A stretch of DNA of 47,226 nucleotides from a virus (Duplodnaviria > Heunggongvirae > Uroviricota > Caudoviricetes). Shown piece by piece: positions 46,759 through 47,226 of this stretch. The position numbers and the translations under genes were made by a program. Below the pieces are notes generated by a model. That model worked only from the letters and a program-made list of their open reading frames with translations. It was not told where the DNA came from and searched no databases. The stretch lies in the IMG/VR virus record IMGVR_UViG_2737471818_000007, one strand, 5' to 3'. Each line of letters starts with the position of its first letter. The stretch's first letter is position 1.

Positions 46759-47226
46759 CTAATCTTGATCAGGTTCCTGCTTAGAATAATGTTTTCCAAC
46801 AATAAACGCCGTAACCAATGCAACAAGATCTATTGAAACGAGAGTTCCGGCAAGAACTGTCTCCCCCATGACGCCAAAGACAGTGGCAGCTAAGATGATC
46901 AATATTGCCAACCAAAAAGCCTTTGTTTGACCATCTCTGGCAATATCAATGCTATCAGCCACTGTTTTATGGCGATGAGCCTGCTCTTTTTCGGTCAACT
47001 CAACAAGTCGATTTGCAAGCCCAGGCACCAGTTGATCATACTTTTTAAGCATTGAAGGTGGCGGAACAGGCCCCTGAAAATGCTGGCAAACAATAGCCCG
47101 CACCTGCGGACTATCCAAAACCCTGTTTAAGACCTCTGGATTTTCGATTACTCGAGAAACCAGTTCATTATCCTTTTGTTCTTCACAAGTGAGTTTGGTG
47201 TTCTCACTTTCTTTTTGATCTGGCAT
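46759..47226 (-). CDS. hypothetical membrane-anchored protein (probably outside the prophage)
   Basis: 155-aa ORF with ATG at the window edge (47224-47226); two C-terminal hydrophobic helices; has its own terminator; lies beyond the int 3' end. Confidence 0.55.
   Translation of the reverse strand: MPDQKESENTKLTCEEQKDNELVSRVIENPEVLNRVLDSPQVRAIVCQHFQGPVPPPSMLKKYDQLVPGLANRLVELTEKEQAHRHKTVADSIDIARDGQTKAFWLAILIILAATVFGVMGETVLAGTLVSIDLVALVTAFIVGKHYSKQEPDQD

Overview
The window is almost entirely one lambdoid prophage, inverted relative to the usual lambda map. The late operon is on the minus strand and runs right to left: Q antiterminator (31.1-31.5 kb), cargo genes (two DNA methyltransferases and a ParB-like gene), holin and endolysin (25.1-26.3 kb), a lambda-like cos site (~23.2 kb), then a complete lambda-like morphogenesis block (Nu1, A, W, B, C, D, E, FI, FII, Z, U, V, G/T, H, M, L, K, I, J, lom, stf, tfa ending at position 1). 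To the right of Q lie a nin-like region (RusA, DUF968/HNH protein, a Doc-type and a hok-type toxin-antitoxin locus, small acidic ORFs, a third small methyltransferase-like gene), DnaC-like and O-like replication genes with iterons, a Qin-type dicC/dicA immunity switch with ydfABC-dicF-dicB-ydfD, a large DEDDh exonuclease gene, xis and int (int ends 46682). The prophage/host junction is near 46.7 kb; the other end lies beyond position 1. The most unusual content is an AT-rich convergent gene pair (Dam-like methyltransferase plus a 467-aa ParB/DGxRR-domain protein, 28.6-31.1 kb) sitting in the Q-to-lysis cargo slot; I flag it as a candidate restriction-like or defence module of unknown type. CDS coordinates come from the supplied ORF track; the track treats GTG/TTG as starts, so I moved several starts to the ATG that matches the lambda homologue. 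Hairpins and sites were read by eye and are approximate (+/-2 nt). No similarity search was run; all homology statements are from memory of lambda, DLP12, Rac and Qin proteins.
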